DNA from: a bacterium
GTDB lineage: Bacteria > T1Sed10-126
DNA: 64,000 nucleotides
Direction: 5' to 3'
NCBI GenBank assembly: GCA_003554945.1
Contig: PWHN01000057.1
Span: forward strand, 380 to 64,379
Part shown: in pieces, positions 36,096 to 45,358 of the stretch
How the letters are laid out: each line of letters begins with the position of its first letter
Numbering within the stretch: position 1 is the stretch's first letter
The notes under the pieces: model-generated
Databases searched by the model: none
Told to the model about the DNA's origin: nothing
The model's input: the letters and a program-made list of their open reading frames with translations, nothing else
Position numbers and translations under genes: made by a program

Positions 36096-37211
36096 TTAAG
36101 TTTCAAAACGATAGTTCTTTACGGCCCAGCTAAATTCGCTGATTATAACCCAGAGACTGGCTGCTACCGGGATTGCCAGGACCATGCCCAGCATGCCGGC
36201 GAGCTGGCCGCCGGCAATAATAACTATCACCACAATTAACGGATGCATCGACATGCTCTGGGAAAAAGCGACTGGTTTGACCGCTATGTTATCAATAAGT
36301 TGGACAAGCAAAATTAGTAGCATTACCATAATTACGGGAAGGGCCGAGCCGGTTTCAATTAATTGTACTATAATTGCCGGGAGGGCTCCCACTACAGGCC
36401 CAACATAGGGAACCACATTTGCCAGCCCCACAAATATTCCGATTGTAATCGCATAGGGCACATCGAGCAGCCAGAACCCCCCCGCGCTTAACAGAGCAAT
36501 TACAACCGCTTCTATTGCAAGCCCCCGGACATACTCACCTATTTTTTGGTCGACTTTATTATATATCTGATAAATCATCTCAAAAAAAACGTTAGGCACT
36601 CCGCTCAAGAAAAAAGTTTCTATAGCCTGTTGATCGCGAACAATAAAAAAAGCAATAAACGGAATAACTACAACGTATACCGCAACGTGAGGTAATATTC
36701 TACCAATTGTTAGCAGAAGAAGAGTAAGCTGCTGCAGACCCCAGTCATAAGCATACGAAACCTGGTCATGGAATGTGCCCTCCGGTATAAAGCCAAGCGA
36801 ACGTTCCAGCTCACTCAAATAGCCCATGATCCCCAGGACTTCTTCAATTTCTCCAGGTTCTTCTTCCTCGAGCAATTCTTCCATCTCCAGTTCTCCCAGC
36901 GTCCGCCGCAGGTTAATTGCCTGGTTGTAAATATGGGGAATAAAACCACCCAGCAGAGTTACAAGTATTAAAAATAAAACTACAAAGACAAGCGCCGTCG
37001 ACGTATAACGAGAAAACCCACGATGTTCAAGCGACTCGACCGGCGGGCGCAAAAGGTACGAAAACAGAACAGCTATGAATAGCATACTGACCAGATGATA
37101 CAGCTCCGGAATAAAATAGAGGGTTACTGCAAAAATTATGAGAGGCAGAAAGTAATGAATCAGCGAGACAACAAGCCTGGGAGTTGGGGCCCATGACTTA
37201 GATTCACTCAT
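36096..37211 (-). CDS. AI-2E family transporter (PerM/UPF0118 permease)
   Basis: The protein is 371 aa and polytopic, with the characteristic layout of two blocks of transmembrane helices and a conserved C-terminal GxxGxxxxxP-type region. Confidence 0.7.
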   Translation of the reverse strand: MSESKSWAPTPRLVVSLIHYFLPLIIFAVTLYFIPELYHLVSMLFIAVLFSYLLRPPVESLEHRGFSRYTSTALVFVVLFLILVTLLGGFIPHIYNQAINLRRTLGELEMEELLEEEEPGEIEEVLGIMGYLSELERSLGFIPEGTFHDQVSYAYDWGLQQLTLLLLTIGRILPHVAVYVVVIPFIAFFIVRDQQAIETFFLSGVPNVFFEMIYQIYNKVDQKIGEYVRGLAIEAVVIALLSAGGFWLLDVPYAITIGIFVGLANVVPYVGPVVGALPAIIVQLIETGSALPVIMVMLLILLVQLIDNIAVKPVAFSQSMSMHPLIVVIVIIAGGQLAGMLGMVLAIPVAASLWVIISEFSWAVKNYRFET

Positions 37212-37809
37212 TGACTTCAGCCTCGCTATCCTGCTGATTTAGACGCAAATTTTCTTGCCGTATCTTCAAAAACTGCTGGCCTATGTGAGCAGTTAAGTTC
37301 CCATGTACTTTCAATCCGGCCGAGGGGTTACGGTAGACAAAACGTTCCAGTCCTTTTCTGAATAGAACCAGGGTCTTTGTTGAAGCACGAGTACGAGCAT
37401 CATACATACGGCGATGTTCACAACATAAGGCTAGTTCCCCAAAGATATTTCCCGACTCGAGATAACTACCATCCATCTGCTTGACCGCCGGGCAACTTAA
37501 CTCAACCCGGCCATTACAGATTATATACATTGCAGTCGCCGGATCTCCTTCGGAAAATATGCTCTCCCCTTTGGTAAACTGTCGCTCGTGCAGATAATCA
37601 GCAAGCGCCAGATATTGAGAGCTGCGCAACCCACTAAATACCTCGATATCGGACAGCAGGTCAATTAACTCCTGAGCCTCTGGATCTTCCGGTTCATGTA
37701 TTTGCTCCCACCATTCAACTACCATCCCGCGCAGATCACACCAGTAAAGCTTTATCTTTTCTTTTATGTCGTTGAGAATCTTCTTTCCCTCCTTTGTATA
37801 ACCAGGCAT
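37204..37809 (-). CDS. Cyclic-nucleotide-binding domain protein with no HTH output domain. The start is chosen at MPGYTKEG because an SD GGGAGGA sits 7 nt upstream. The track's GTG start at 37872 includes repeat-derived codons.
   Basis: The cNMP-binding core is FSGLRSSQYLALADYL...GESIFSEGDPATAMYIICNGRVEL...GNIFGELAL. Confidence 0.7.
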   Translation of the reverse strand: MPGYTKEGKKILNDIKEKIKLYWCDLRGMVVEWWEQIHEPEDPEAQELIDLLSDIEVFSGLRSSQYLALADYLHERQFTKGESIFSEGDPATAMYIICNGRVELSCPAVKQMDGSYLESGNIFGELALCCEHRRMYDARTRASTKTLVLFRKGLERFVYRNPSAGLKVHGNLTAHIGQQFLKIRQENLRLNQQDSEAEVNE

Positions 37810-37828
37810 AAAATATCCTCCCATGTTT

Positions 37829-37882
37829 ACATCTTTAAGTCCGTCACGTATTTCCATCTTTAAGTCCGTCACGTATTTCCAT
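37829..37882. repeat. Perfect tandem duplication of the 25-mer ATCTTTAAGTCCGTCACGTATTTCC, immediately upstream of the cNMP-binding protein gene
   Basis: Direct reading. Each unit contains GTCACGTA. Confidence 0.8.
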
Positions 37883-38067
37883 CTGAAACCCCGGTAACAA
37901 TAGATTCCTGTTCTCGCAGAAATGACAAAGTAGAGGGGCCTGAATTATTTTAACATATTACTTGTCTCAGTATAATATCCGACTTTCCCTTTCACGTCTC
38001 GAAAGTTATACTTAATTTCAAGAAATGAGTCTACTTTAAATCAACATCTTACTGGAGGTATGTCCTG

Positions 38068-38979
38068 ATGTTTAATGCCCTTACTTCCGTGACGTATGAG
38101 ACAGTTCTCATCCTGCTGCACGATATTATCAATTATCCGCTATTCAAGCTCCAGGACACTCCGATCACCCTGCTTGCCATTCTTTTGTTTGTGGCTGTTA
38201 TCGCCGGCTCATACCTGATTTCAATCTATATTCGCAAACTATACGATCGACGTCTTACAACTCGCTTTTCCTCCGGAATTGACTTCACAGTAAAGCGGCT
38301 AATACATTACACAGTTTTAATTATTGGATTTTTGGTAGCTTTTGAAATCGCCGGCATCGACCTCTCCAGTCTTGCGATCATCGCCGGTTTCCTCAGTGTA
38401 GGTATTGGTTTCGGGCTTCAGAATATAACTTCTAACTTCATCAGCGGACTGATCCTTCTCTTTGAAAGACCAATCGAAGTCGGAGATACCGTAACTGTCG
38501 GTGACCAGCTCGGAACCGTTACCGGTATTAATCTTCGAGCAACGGAAGTCAACACCTGGGAGAATATCGACATTATCATCCCAAACTCCGCTTTTGTCGA
38601 GGATAACGTTATCAACTGGTCACATGGCGAGGAATACATTCGGGTGAGCTGTCCGGTGGGGGTTGCTTACGGGGCCGACACTGAGAAAGTTCGGGATATT
38701 TTGTATGAAATCGCCCGTGAACATCCAAAAGTATTAGATACTCCCGAGCCAAATGTACTTTTTCTTGAATTTGGCGACTCTTCCCTGGACTTCGAACTGC
38801 GTATATGGATTCGAACTCCCCGTCGCCGCAACTGGATAAAAAGTGAAATAAACTACGAAATCGACCAGCGGTTCCGTGAAGAAAATATCGAAATCCCCTT
38901 CCCGCAGAGAGACCTGCACCTGCGCAGCGCAACTGAACTCAGACTTAAGCAAGCCGATACCAATAGACAAGGAGATTAA
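38068..38979 (+). CDS. mscS: Small-conductance mechanosensitive channel (MscS family)
   Basis: The pore-lining glycine-rich helix GFLSVGIGFGLQNITSNFISGLILLFERP and the beta domain are present. The protein is 303 aa. Confidence 0.8.
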   Translation: MFNALTSVTYETVLILLHDIINYPLFKLQDTPITLLAILLFVAVIAGSYLISIYIRKLYDRRLTTRFSSGIDFTVKRLIHYTVLIIGFLVAFEIAGIDLSSLAIIAGFLSVGIGFGLQNITSNFISGLILLFERPIEVGDTVTVGDQLGTVTGINLRATEVNTWENIDIIIPNSAFVEDNVINWSHGEEYIRVSCPVGVAYGADTEKVRDILYEIAREHPKVLDTPEPNVLFLEFGDSSLDFELRIWIRTPRRRNWIKSEINYEIDQRFREENIEIPFPQRDLHLRSATELRLKQADTNRQGD

Positions 38980-38995
38980 ACTAAACTCTCCCCCC

Positions 38996-40081
38996 TCATT
39001 TTTCGATTGTAATAAAATTCTCGGCGACTGCAGTAACGCCTCCGCTGATTGAGGCGTGCTGATAGTTGCTTATCCCTTCGGGAGCCGGTTCGGCGACAAC
39101 GTCTCCCCTTTTTACCCGGTTGCCCGGTTCAACCACTGGCTGGCTCGGACTCACACCCCCCGCCAGCAGCGGATTGCTAATCAACGGTACTCGCACCTCA
39201 TCTGGTTCCAACCACTTGGGTTCCGGGAAGTCTTCCGTTGGGGACCAGTCCCCAGCCGCCAGAGCATTAATTCTTTCCGGCTCTCTCTTCTCTCGATACT
39301 CTTCAACAAAATCTCTACCGGCAATCATCAATCCGTTGGTTCGTTTGCTGACAACAGAGTCACTGAACGATCTCTCCACCTCACAGCACCAGCCCGGTCC
39401 ACCATCCAATAATACCGGCTCTTCCAGATTGTTTAGATCCATATCTTCCGCGGCGTCCAGCAGATCAAACACGGGCGTACCTATCGGAACAACAAAATAC
39501 CTGCCCGGCAACTCTGGGCCGTATAACAAAACATGTTTACGGGTCACCGGTCTACCTTCTAACAAGGCTAACAGGATGTTATAGGTTGTTTCAGCGTTCT
39601 GCACGATCCAACCGTGATTGGTCGGCAAATCTCCCCCTACACGTTCACCGGCCACTGTCCAGAGCAGTGATGACTCCTGGCTGATCTCGTAACGGTCTCT
39701 GGTGTAGGCGAGAATTAGACCCTGCCGGTCCTCAACGTCCAGCGGCAGGTCAGCCGGAAAATATACATTTTCGGCCAGCAATTTTTCCAGCTCTTCAAAC
39801 CATTTTTTACGATATTTTTCTTTAGTAGCCACCACAACTGAGTCAAAGACTTCAGTGGCCAGTTTACTGAGCCCTTTCTGGTAAAATTCAGCCTGAGACG
39901 AAATTAGCCAGCAATCGCCATAAAATGGCGGTTCCCCCTCCTGGAGATTTACCATTAAGTTCTCAATTTCGTCGAGATTCTGCCACTTGACGTAGGTTGG
40001 AAATCCGGCCCCACCGGCACCGGCGACACCACACTTCCAGATCCGCTCCGCCAGGTCAGCTCTGGCCGGCAGTTCCGTCAT
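38996..40081 (-). CDS. RnfC/NqrA/NuoF-like protein with permuted domain order. The N-terminus is a Complex1_51K-type nucleotide-binding motif (GxxGAGGAGFPTYVKW). The C-terminus is an RnfC_N-like barrel-sandwich domain. It has no Fe-S cysteine motifs.
   Basis: The N-terminal motif is CGVAGAGGAGFPTYVKWQN. The C-terminal segment is VRVPLISNPLLAGGVSPSQPVVEPGNRVKRGDVVAEPAPEGISNYQHASISGGVTAV, which matches the RnfC N-terminal consensus pattern (PL..H.G....P.V..GD.V..G..IA...G..S...HAS.SG.V.A.). No CxxCxxCxxxCP motif is present. Confidence 0.5.
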   Translation of the reverse strand: MTELPARADLAERIWKCGVAGAGGAGFPTYVKWQNLDEIENLMVNLQEGEPPFYGDCWLISSQAEFYQKGLSKLATEVFDSVVVATKEKYRKKWFEELEKLLAENVYFPADLPLDVEDRQGLILAYTRDRYEISQESSLLWTVAGERVGGDLPTNHGWIVQNAETTYNILLALLEGRPVTRKHVLLYGPELPGRYFVVPIGTPVFDLLDAAEDMDLNNLEEPVLLDGGPGWCCEVERSFSDSVVSKRTNGLMIAGRDFVEEYREKREPERINALAAGDWSPTEDFPEPKWLEPDEVRVPLISNPLLAGGVSPSQPVVEPGNRVKRGDVVAEPAPEGISNYQHASISGGVTAVAENFITIEK

Positions 40082-40130
40082 TAGTATCTCCTTTCAATTA
40101 ACTAAAACTTTATTTCATTTGAACTTTAGT

Positions 40131-41249
40131 TTAAAACCAGAGAGGAACCAACTGAATAAGCACCCCGGCGGCCAGGGCTGAACCGATTACTCCGGCGACA
40201 TTGGCGCCCATAGCCACCATGATAAGCTGATTGGAGGGGTCTTCTTCCTGACCTACCTTGTGTGCAACACGGGCTGCCATGGGCACGGCACTAACCCCGG
40301 CGGCTCCAATAATAGGATTAACTTTCCCGCCGGTTACCCAGCACATAATCTTACCGAACACAAGTCCGCAGATAGTCGCAAAAATAAAGGCACAGACGCC
40401 GAGTAGTAAAATCCCCAGAGTTTCCCAGCGCCAGAAACGCTCCGCCGGCATTGAAGCCCCAACCGCCAGACCGAGCAGTAATGTTACAATGTCCATCAGA
40501 TAATCCTGGGCCGCCCGGTTAAGCCGCTCAACCACCCCACAGACACGAATAAAATTACCGAGCATTAGCATACCTACGAGCGGCGCTGCGGTCGGAATTA
40601 AAAGGATAGTGATAACCATGCAGACGGCTGGAAAAATAATTTTTACAGTGTTGTTAACCTTGACGCTGGTTCCCATCTTGATAGCTCTCTCTTTTTTAGT
40701 AGTTAACGCTTTTATAACCGGGGGCTGGATTAACGGAACAAGAGCCATGTAAGAATAAGCTGCAACGGCAATCGGTCCTACAAGATCACCGGCCAGCCTG
40801 TTAGCGGCAAAAATTGCCGTCGGTCCGTCAGCACCACCAATAATGCCAATCGCTGCCGCCTGGGCCGGTGTAAAACCCAGTAATATGGCGCCGAGCAGAG
40901 TCAAAAAGATGCCGGCCTGAGCGGCCATACCGAGCAGCATAGTATAAGGGGCCGAAAGCAGCGGAGTAAAGTCAGTCAACGCCCCCACACCAAGAAAAAT
41001 CAACGGCGGTAAAATTTCATAACTTATCCCCAGCTTAAAGAAAGAAAGCAACCCGTCCTCGGCAAGTAAATCGGTCGCCGGCATATTTGCCAGCACAATA
41101 CCAAATCCTATCGGCACGAGCAGCAGTGGCTCAAACTGCTTTTTTACCCCGAGATAGACGAGGATTAAACCGACTATGATCATTCCCGCCTGTCCAAGGG
41201 AAAAATACTCTATTCCGGTCAGACCAATAATTTGTTGAATAGCTTCCAA
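40131..41249 (-). CDS. Sodium-translocating decarboxylase beta subunit (OadB/MmdB/GcdB family)
   Basis: The protein is 372 aa and polytopic, with conserved Asp/Ser-containing helices typical of OadB. Confidence 0.8.
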   Translation of the reverse strand: MEAIQQIIGLTGIEYFSLGQAGMIIVGLILVYLGVKKQFEPLLLVPIGFGIVLANMPATDLLAEDGLLSFFKLGISYEILPPLIFLGVGALTDFTPLLSAPYTMLLGMAAQAGIFLTLLGAILLGFTPAQAAAIGIIGGADGPTAIFAANRLAGDLVGPIAVAAYSYMALVPLIQPPVIKALTTKKERAIKMGTSVKVNNTVKIIFPAVCMVITILLIPTAAPLVGMLMLGNFIRVCGVVERLNRAAQDYLMDIVTLLLGLAVGASMPAERFWRWETLGILLLGVCAFIFATICGLVFGKIMCWVTGGKVNPIIGAAGVSAVPMAARVAHKVGQEEDPSNQLIMVAMGANVAGVIGSALAAGVLIQLVPLWF

Positions 41250-41256
41250 CTTATTT

Positions 41257-41670
41257 CTACTCCCCCTTGAAAGTAACTAATTTGTCTTCTTCTTCGACGC
41301 TCTCGCCTTCGTTTACGTAAACCTGATCTACAGTCCCAGCTTGAGGGGCAGGAATGACCGTTTCCAGTTTCATCGCCTCCAGCTTTACCAGATCGTCACC
41401 GGATTTTACACTATCTCCCACATTGACCATGACCTCCAATACCTTGCCCGAAAGCGGTGACAAAACTTCTCCTCCCTCAGCGACATTTGGCTCGCTCGCA
41501 TCCTGGGCAACCGTCCCGCCCCCGGTTTGCTCACCTGAGCCCGATCCGGCTCCCTTGAGAAGCTTAAATCTCCAGCTTTTTTCGCCGATTCGTGCTTCGT
41601 AACCGTCACCGGCCCAATCAACTTCTATCTCAATTTTTTCGCCGTCTCGCTCAAATTCATATTTTGCCAT
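41257..41670 (-). CDS. Biotin carboxyl carrier subunit of the decarboxylase (MmdC/GcdC-like)
   Basis: The biotinyl-lysine motif EAMKLE is present, along with a C-terminal lipoyl/biotinyl domain and an Ala/Gly/Pro-rich linker. Confidence 0.75.
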   Translation of the reverse strand: MAKYEFERDGEKIEIEVDWAGDGYEARIGEKSWRFKLLKGAGSGSGEQTGGGTVAQDASEPNVAEGGEVLSPLSGKVLEVMVNVGDSVKSGDDLVKLEAMKLETVIPAPQAGTVDQVYVNEGESVEEEDKLVTFKGE

Positions 41671-41769
41671 TCTATCAGTCCTGTTTCATCACCTACCGAA
41701 GCATATCCCCTCTCCCGGAAGAGCGGGGGAAGTAATTTTCGGAAAACTTCGCTAGATTGTGATCTTGTT

Positions 41770-42054
41770 TTACTTTAAATTTTTAGATCCTTTATTTAAT
41801 CGCTCGCCCAGTTTAAGCTGACGGCGATGGTGTTCAACCGCCGCTGCAGCAAGCAGAGAGTCATCAGCTTCCTCGGCTTCTTTTTCTTCTTCCGATTCTT
41901 TAGCTGGTTCTTTTTCAACTGTACCGGTAACCGCCGGAAAAAGCACACGCAAAATTAATACAGTAAATACTAACAACAAGAGGGAGGCGGCCACAACGCT
42001 AATTCCCACAACTGATACCAGCAGAGCCGTATTGAAAATTGTCCAATCAACCAC
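41770..42054 (-). CDS. Small membrane-anchor subunit of the decarboxylase complex (OadG/MmdD-like)
   Basis: The protein is 94 aa. It has an N-terminal transmembrane helix (LLVSVVGISVVAASLLLLVFTVLILRVLF) followed by a charged tail. It sits between the carboxyltransferase and BCCP genes. Confidence 0.6.
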   Translation of the reverse strand: MVDWTIFNTALLVSVVGISVVAASLLLLVFTVLILRVLFPAVTGTVEKEPAKESEEEKEAEEADDSLLAAAAVEHHRRQLKLGERLNKGSKNLK

Positions 42055-42068
42055 AAAAGGTCACCATG

Positions 42069-43640
42069 TTAGAGCGGAATGTTACCGTGCATTTTGTCTG
42101 GCCGCTGCTGGTTCTTGTCAATAACCATTTCCAGGGATTCAACAAGCGACCGGCGGGTCTCGGCCGGGTTGATTATCTGGTCAACAAGACCGTCATCGGC
42201 AGCACGGTAAGGATTAGAAAATTTTTCACGAAACTCGTCTATTTTCTCCTGTCGTTTCAGCTCAGGGTCATCGGCCTCTTCAATTTCTCTGCTGTGAATT
42301 ATGTTAACCGCTCCCTGTGCCCCCATAACAGCAATTTCGGCGGTTGGATAGGCAATTACAGAGTCGTAGCCAAGATCACGACTGCACATGGCTACAAAAG
42401 CTCCTCCGTAGGACTTGCGCACTATCAAACTGAGTTTGGGCACAGTTGCCTCCGCATAAGCGAAAAGCATCTTGGCGCCGTGTCGAATAACGCCACCGTG
42501 CTCCTGGCCGACCCCTGGTAGAAATCCGGGCACGTCTACAAAGTTGATCAACGGTATGTTAAACGAGTCACATAACCTGATAAATCGGGCAATCTTGTCG
42601 GCACTGTCGATATCCAGACAACCGGCCAGCTTCTTGGGCTGATTACCAATAATTCCCACCGGATGACCGGCCAAACGTCCAAACCCAATAACACAGTTAT
42701 CCGCAAAACCCGGTTTTAACTCCATAAACTGCTGGTCGTCCAGAACCGGCCGTATAACCTCTCGCATGTCGAAAGCCTGCTTGGGATCGGTAGGGACAAC
42801 TTCCAGTATCTCGTCGGTAGAACGATCAACCGGGTCCTCGAATTGGGCTGTCGGGGGGGACTGTCTGAAATTGTCCGGTAAAAACTTGAGCAATTTCTTT
42901 ACCGCGTCCAAGCACTTACGCTCATCCGTATAAAACTGATCAGCCGTTCCTGTCTTCCTAACGTGGGTATGAGCTCCTCCGAGTTCCTGAACCCCCACCT
43001 GCTCTCCCGTGACCTCTTTTATCACCTTGGGTCCGGTTAAAAACATGTTACTGGTCTCTTCAACCATAAAAATAAAATCTGTTATCGCCGGCGAATAAAC
43101 AGCTCCCCCGGCACAAGGTCCCATTATACAGGTTATTTGAGGAATTACGCCGGAAGCAAACGTATTATTTTTAAATATCTTACCGTATCCGTTCAGGGAA
43201 TGTATCCCTTCCTGAATTCGAGCGCCACCGGAGTCATTTATCTGAATGAAAGGCACACCGTTTTCACGTGCTTTTTCCTGGACCGCGGTGATTTTTTCAG
43301 CATGCATCTCACCAAGCGAACCACCCATAACCGTAAAATCTTGCGCCATTAGAAAAACAGGCCGCGAATCTATCTGTGCCGCTCCTGTAACCACGCCGTC
43401 GCCGGCGGGACGTTTCTCCGACATCCCAAAGTCAGTGCAGCGGTGTTTGGTAAAGGGATTTATTTCCCGGAAAGACCCCTCGTCCACGAGAAAATCTATC
43501 CGCTCACGGGCTGTCATCTTTCCCTTTTCATGCTGCTTTTCTATTCGCTCCTCACCACCACCAAGTTCTGTCTCTTCCCTTCTTTCCTCTAACTCGTCTA
43601 TAAGTTCCTGCATAGCATCTCTATTCTGCTCGTTATCCAT
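42069..43640 (-). CDS. mmdA: Carboxyltransferase subunit (methylmalonyl-CoA decarboxylase alpha / propionyl-CoA carboxylase beta family)
   Basis: The protein is 523 aa. Carboxyltransferase N- and C-domains are present, including the GGARIQEG-type motif and GGAYVAM-type motif. Confidence 0.85.
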   Translation of the reverse strand: MDNEQNRDAMQELIDELEERREETELGGGEERIEKQHEKGKMTARERIDFLVDEGSFREINPFTKHRCTDFGMSEKRPAGDGVVTGAAQIDSRPVFLMAQDFTVMGGSLGEMHAEKITAVQEKARENGVPFIQINDSGGARIQEGIHSLNGYGKIFKNNTFASGVIPQITCIMGPCAGGAVYSPAITDFIFMVEETSNMFLTGPKVIKEVTGEQVGVQELGGAHTHVRKTGTADQFYTDERKCLDAVKKLLKFLPDNFRQSPPTAQFEDPVDRSTDEILEVVPTDPKQAFDMREVIRPVLDDQQFMELKPGFADNCVIGFGRLAGHPVGIIGNQPKKLAGCLDIDSADKIARFIRLCDSFNIPLINFVDVPGFLPGVGQEHGGVIRHGAKMLFAYAEATVPKLSLIVRKSYGGAFVAMCSRDLGYDSVIAYPTAEIAVMGAQGAVNIIHSREIEEADDPELKRQEKIDEFREKFSNPYRAADDGLVDQIINPAETRRSLVESLEMVIDKNQQRPDKMHGNIPL

Positions 43641-43772
43641 TGTGAACTCTTCTCCTCATTTTATAAAAATCATCCGCTCGTCCAAAATTAACTGTATGGT
43701 TAAATGTGCCTTTCCCCATCAATCTGTTTTTAAATGAAGAAAACGCTTGTTATCGGATAAATTTTTTCGAGT

Positions 43773-44210
43773 TTAAGCGGGGTCTACGTAAAACAGCGTA
43801 TCGTCTTTACTTACCGGCTCGGCGTCGGTTTTGCAGACTTCTTTGATCGTCCCCTTGCACTCGGCTTCAATCTCATTCATTAACTTCATCGCTTCAATGA
43901 TACAGACGGTTGTCGAGTAACTGACTTTGTCACCGGGCTGCACAAAAGGTTCGGCGTCCGGTGCCGGTGCTTCGTAGAATGTACCCACCATAGGCGCCTC
44001 AATAGCAACCCAATTCTCCGCCGGGGCTCCCTGCGCCCGGGGTTTTGCTCCCCGAACAGCCTGAGGCGCACTTTCGGCGGCGGGCGCAACAGCTCCCGGT
44101 GGGGTCGAACTAAGTTTTACCTCAAACTCTTCATCCGTCCAACCGAGTTCTGTGAGCGCGGCCTCTTCTTTCAACTGCGCTATCTCCTGTAACGTTTGCC
44201 AGGGAATCAC
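43773..44210 (-). CDS. accB: Biotin carboxyl carrier protein (AccB-like)
   Basis: The segment APMVGTFYEAPAPDAEPFVQPGDKV...VCIIEAMKLMNEIEAE is the classic AccB biotinyl domain. No accC is adjacent. Confidence 0.75.
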   Translation of the reverse strand: MIPWQTLQEIAQLKEEAALTELGWTDEEFEVKLSSTPPGAVAPAAESAPQAVRGAKPRAQGAPAENWVAIEAPMVGTFYEAPAPDAEPFVQPGDKVSYSTTVCIIEAMKLMNEIEAECKGTIKEVCKTDAEPVSKDDTLFYVDPA

Positions 44211-45358
44211 TGCGAGATCATCTCCCTTAAAGGTAGATTTTTTGCATAATCTGGTCTTTCAATTAATTTGTTTTCAAGTAAATAACGGTATATTGATTCC
44301 TTTAGTTTCGTCAACCCTTCTCCGGTCCGGGCGGAAACAAAATAAGCATCAGGGAATTGTTTCTGGTAACGTTCAACCAGTCCCTCACTGGCCAGATCAA
44401 TTTTGTTAAAAACTTTAAAAATAGGTCGTTCGGCAACACCCAATTCTTCCAACAATTCCGTCACTGTGTTCATTTTTTCCTGCAACCGTGCCCCGGTAAT
44501 ATCAATCACGTGGAGCAGACAATGAGCTCTGTCCAACTCCTCCAGAGTGGCAATAAAAGCATCCTTTAGCTTGGGAGGCATACGCTGAATAAATCCAACG
44601 GTATCAGTGAGAAGAAAATAGCGGTCCCCTTCAAGATGAACTCTCCGGGTCTTTGTATCCAGGGTTGCAAAAAGCATATCCTCTTCCCGCTCTTCTGAAT
44701 CAGAAAATTTATTTAAAAGTGTTGTCTTGCCGCTGTTAGTATAACCAACCAGACTAATTTCAGGGATTCCCCTGCGATTTTTTCGCTGCGTTCTCCGTTT
44801 GTCTCTAATGCTCTGCAACCGCGTCTCAAGCTGGTGAATACGTTCGCGCAAATCACGCTCCTTGATTGTCATTTTTGTTTCCCCGGGACCACGTGTCCCT
44901 ATCCCGGCACCGGGATTCGTCAGAGCCCACCCCCAACCCCGCTTGCGGGGCAGGTTGTGCTGAAGTTGGGCCAGCTCTACCTGCATTTTTGCGTCCTTGG
45001 TATGAGCACGCTGAGCAAAAATATCAAGAATAAGATCCGTCCGGTCAATCACCTTGACTGGAAACTTCTCCCGCAATTTGTCGTGCTGAGCGGGCTTCAG
45101 GTTCTCATTAAATATAACCAGGTCAAAATCCTTCGATTTTTCAGCCAGTTCTTTTACTTTACCCGAACCTATCATCGTCGAAGGATCCGGTTTTGACCGT
45201 TGCTGTATTTCTATCTCTTCCAGCCTCGCGCCGGCGGTAGCAGCTAAAAGACCAAGCTCACGTAACTCCTCTTTCAGAGCACGTCCACTCGAACGCCAGC
45301 CATCAATTGCCACTCCCAGCGCCACTTCTACATCATTGGAGCTCGTATTTTTGCTCAA
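44207..45358 (-). CDS. hflX: GTPase HflX
   Basis: The HflX N-domain and the G-domain (GYTNSGKTTLLN, DTVGF) are present. It overlaps miaA by 26 bp. Confidence 0.85.
   Translation of the reverse strand: MSKNTSSNDVEVALGVAIDGWRSSGRALKEELRELGLLAATAGARLEEIEIQQRSKPDPSTMIGSGKVKELAEKSKDFDLVIFNENLKPAQHDKLREKFPVKVIDRTDLILDIFAQRAHTKDAKMQVELAQLQHNLPRKRGWGWALTNPGAGIGTRGPGETKMTIKERDLRERIHQLETRLQSIRDKRRTQRKNRRGIPEISLVGYTNSGKTTLLNKFSDSEEREEDMLFATLDTKTRRVHLEGDRYFLLTDTVGFIQRMPPKLKDAFIATLEELDRAHCLLHVIDITGARLQEKMNTVTELLEELGVAERPIFKVFNKIDLASEGLVERYQKQFPDAYFVSARTGEGLTKLKESIYRYLLENKLIERPDYAKNLPLREMISQ

Noticed and set aside
37940-37976. Sigma70-like promoter (TATAAT at 37971..37976) for mscS.
   Set aside because: The -10 element is good but there is no convincing -35 at the proper spacing. 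It is not reported as a feature.
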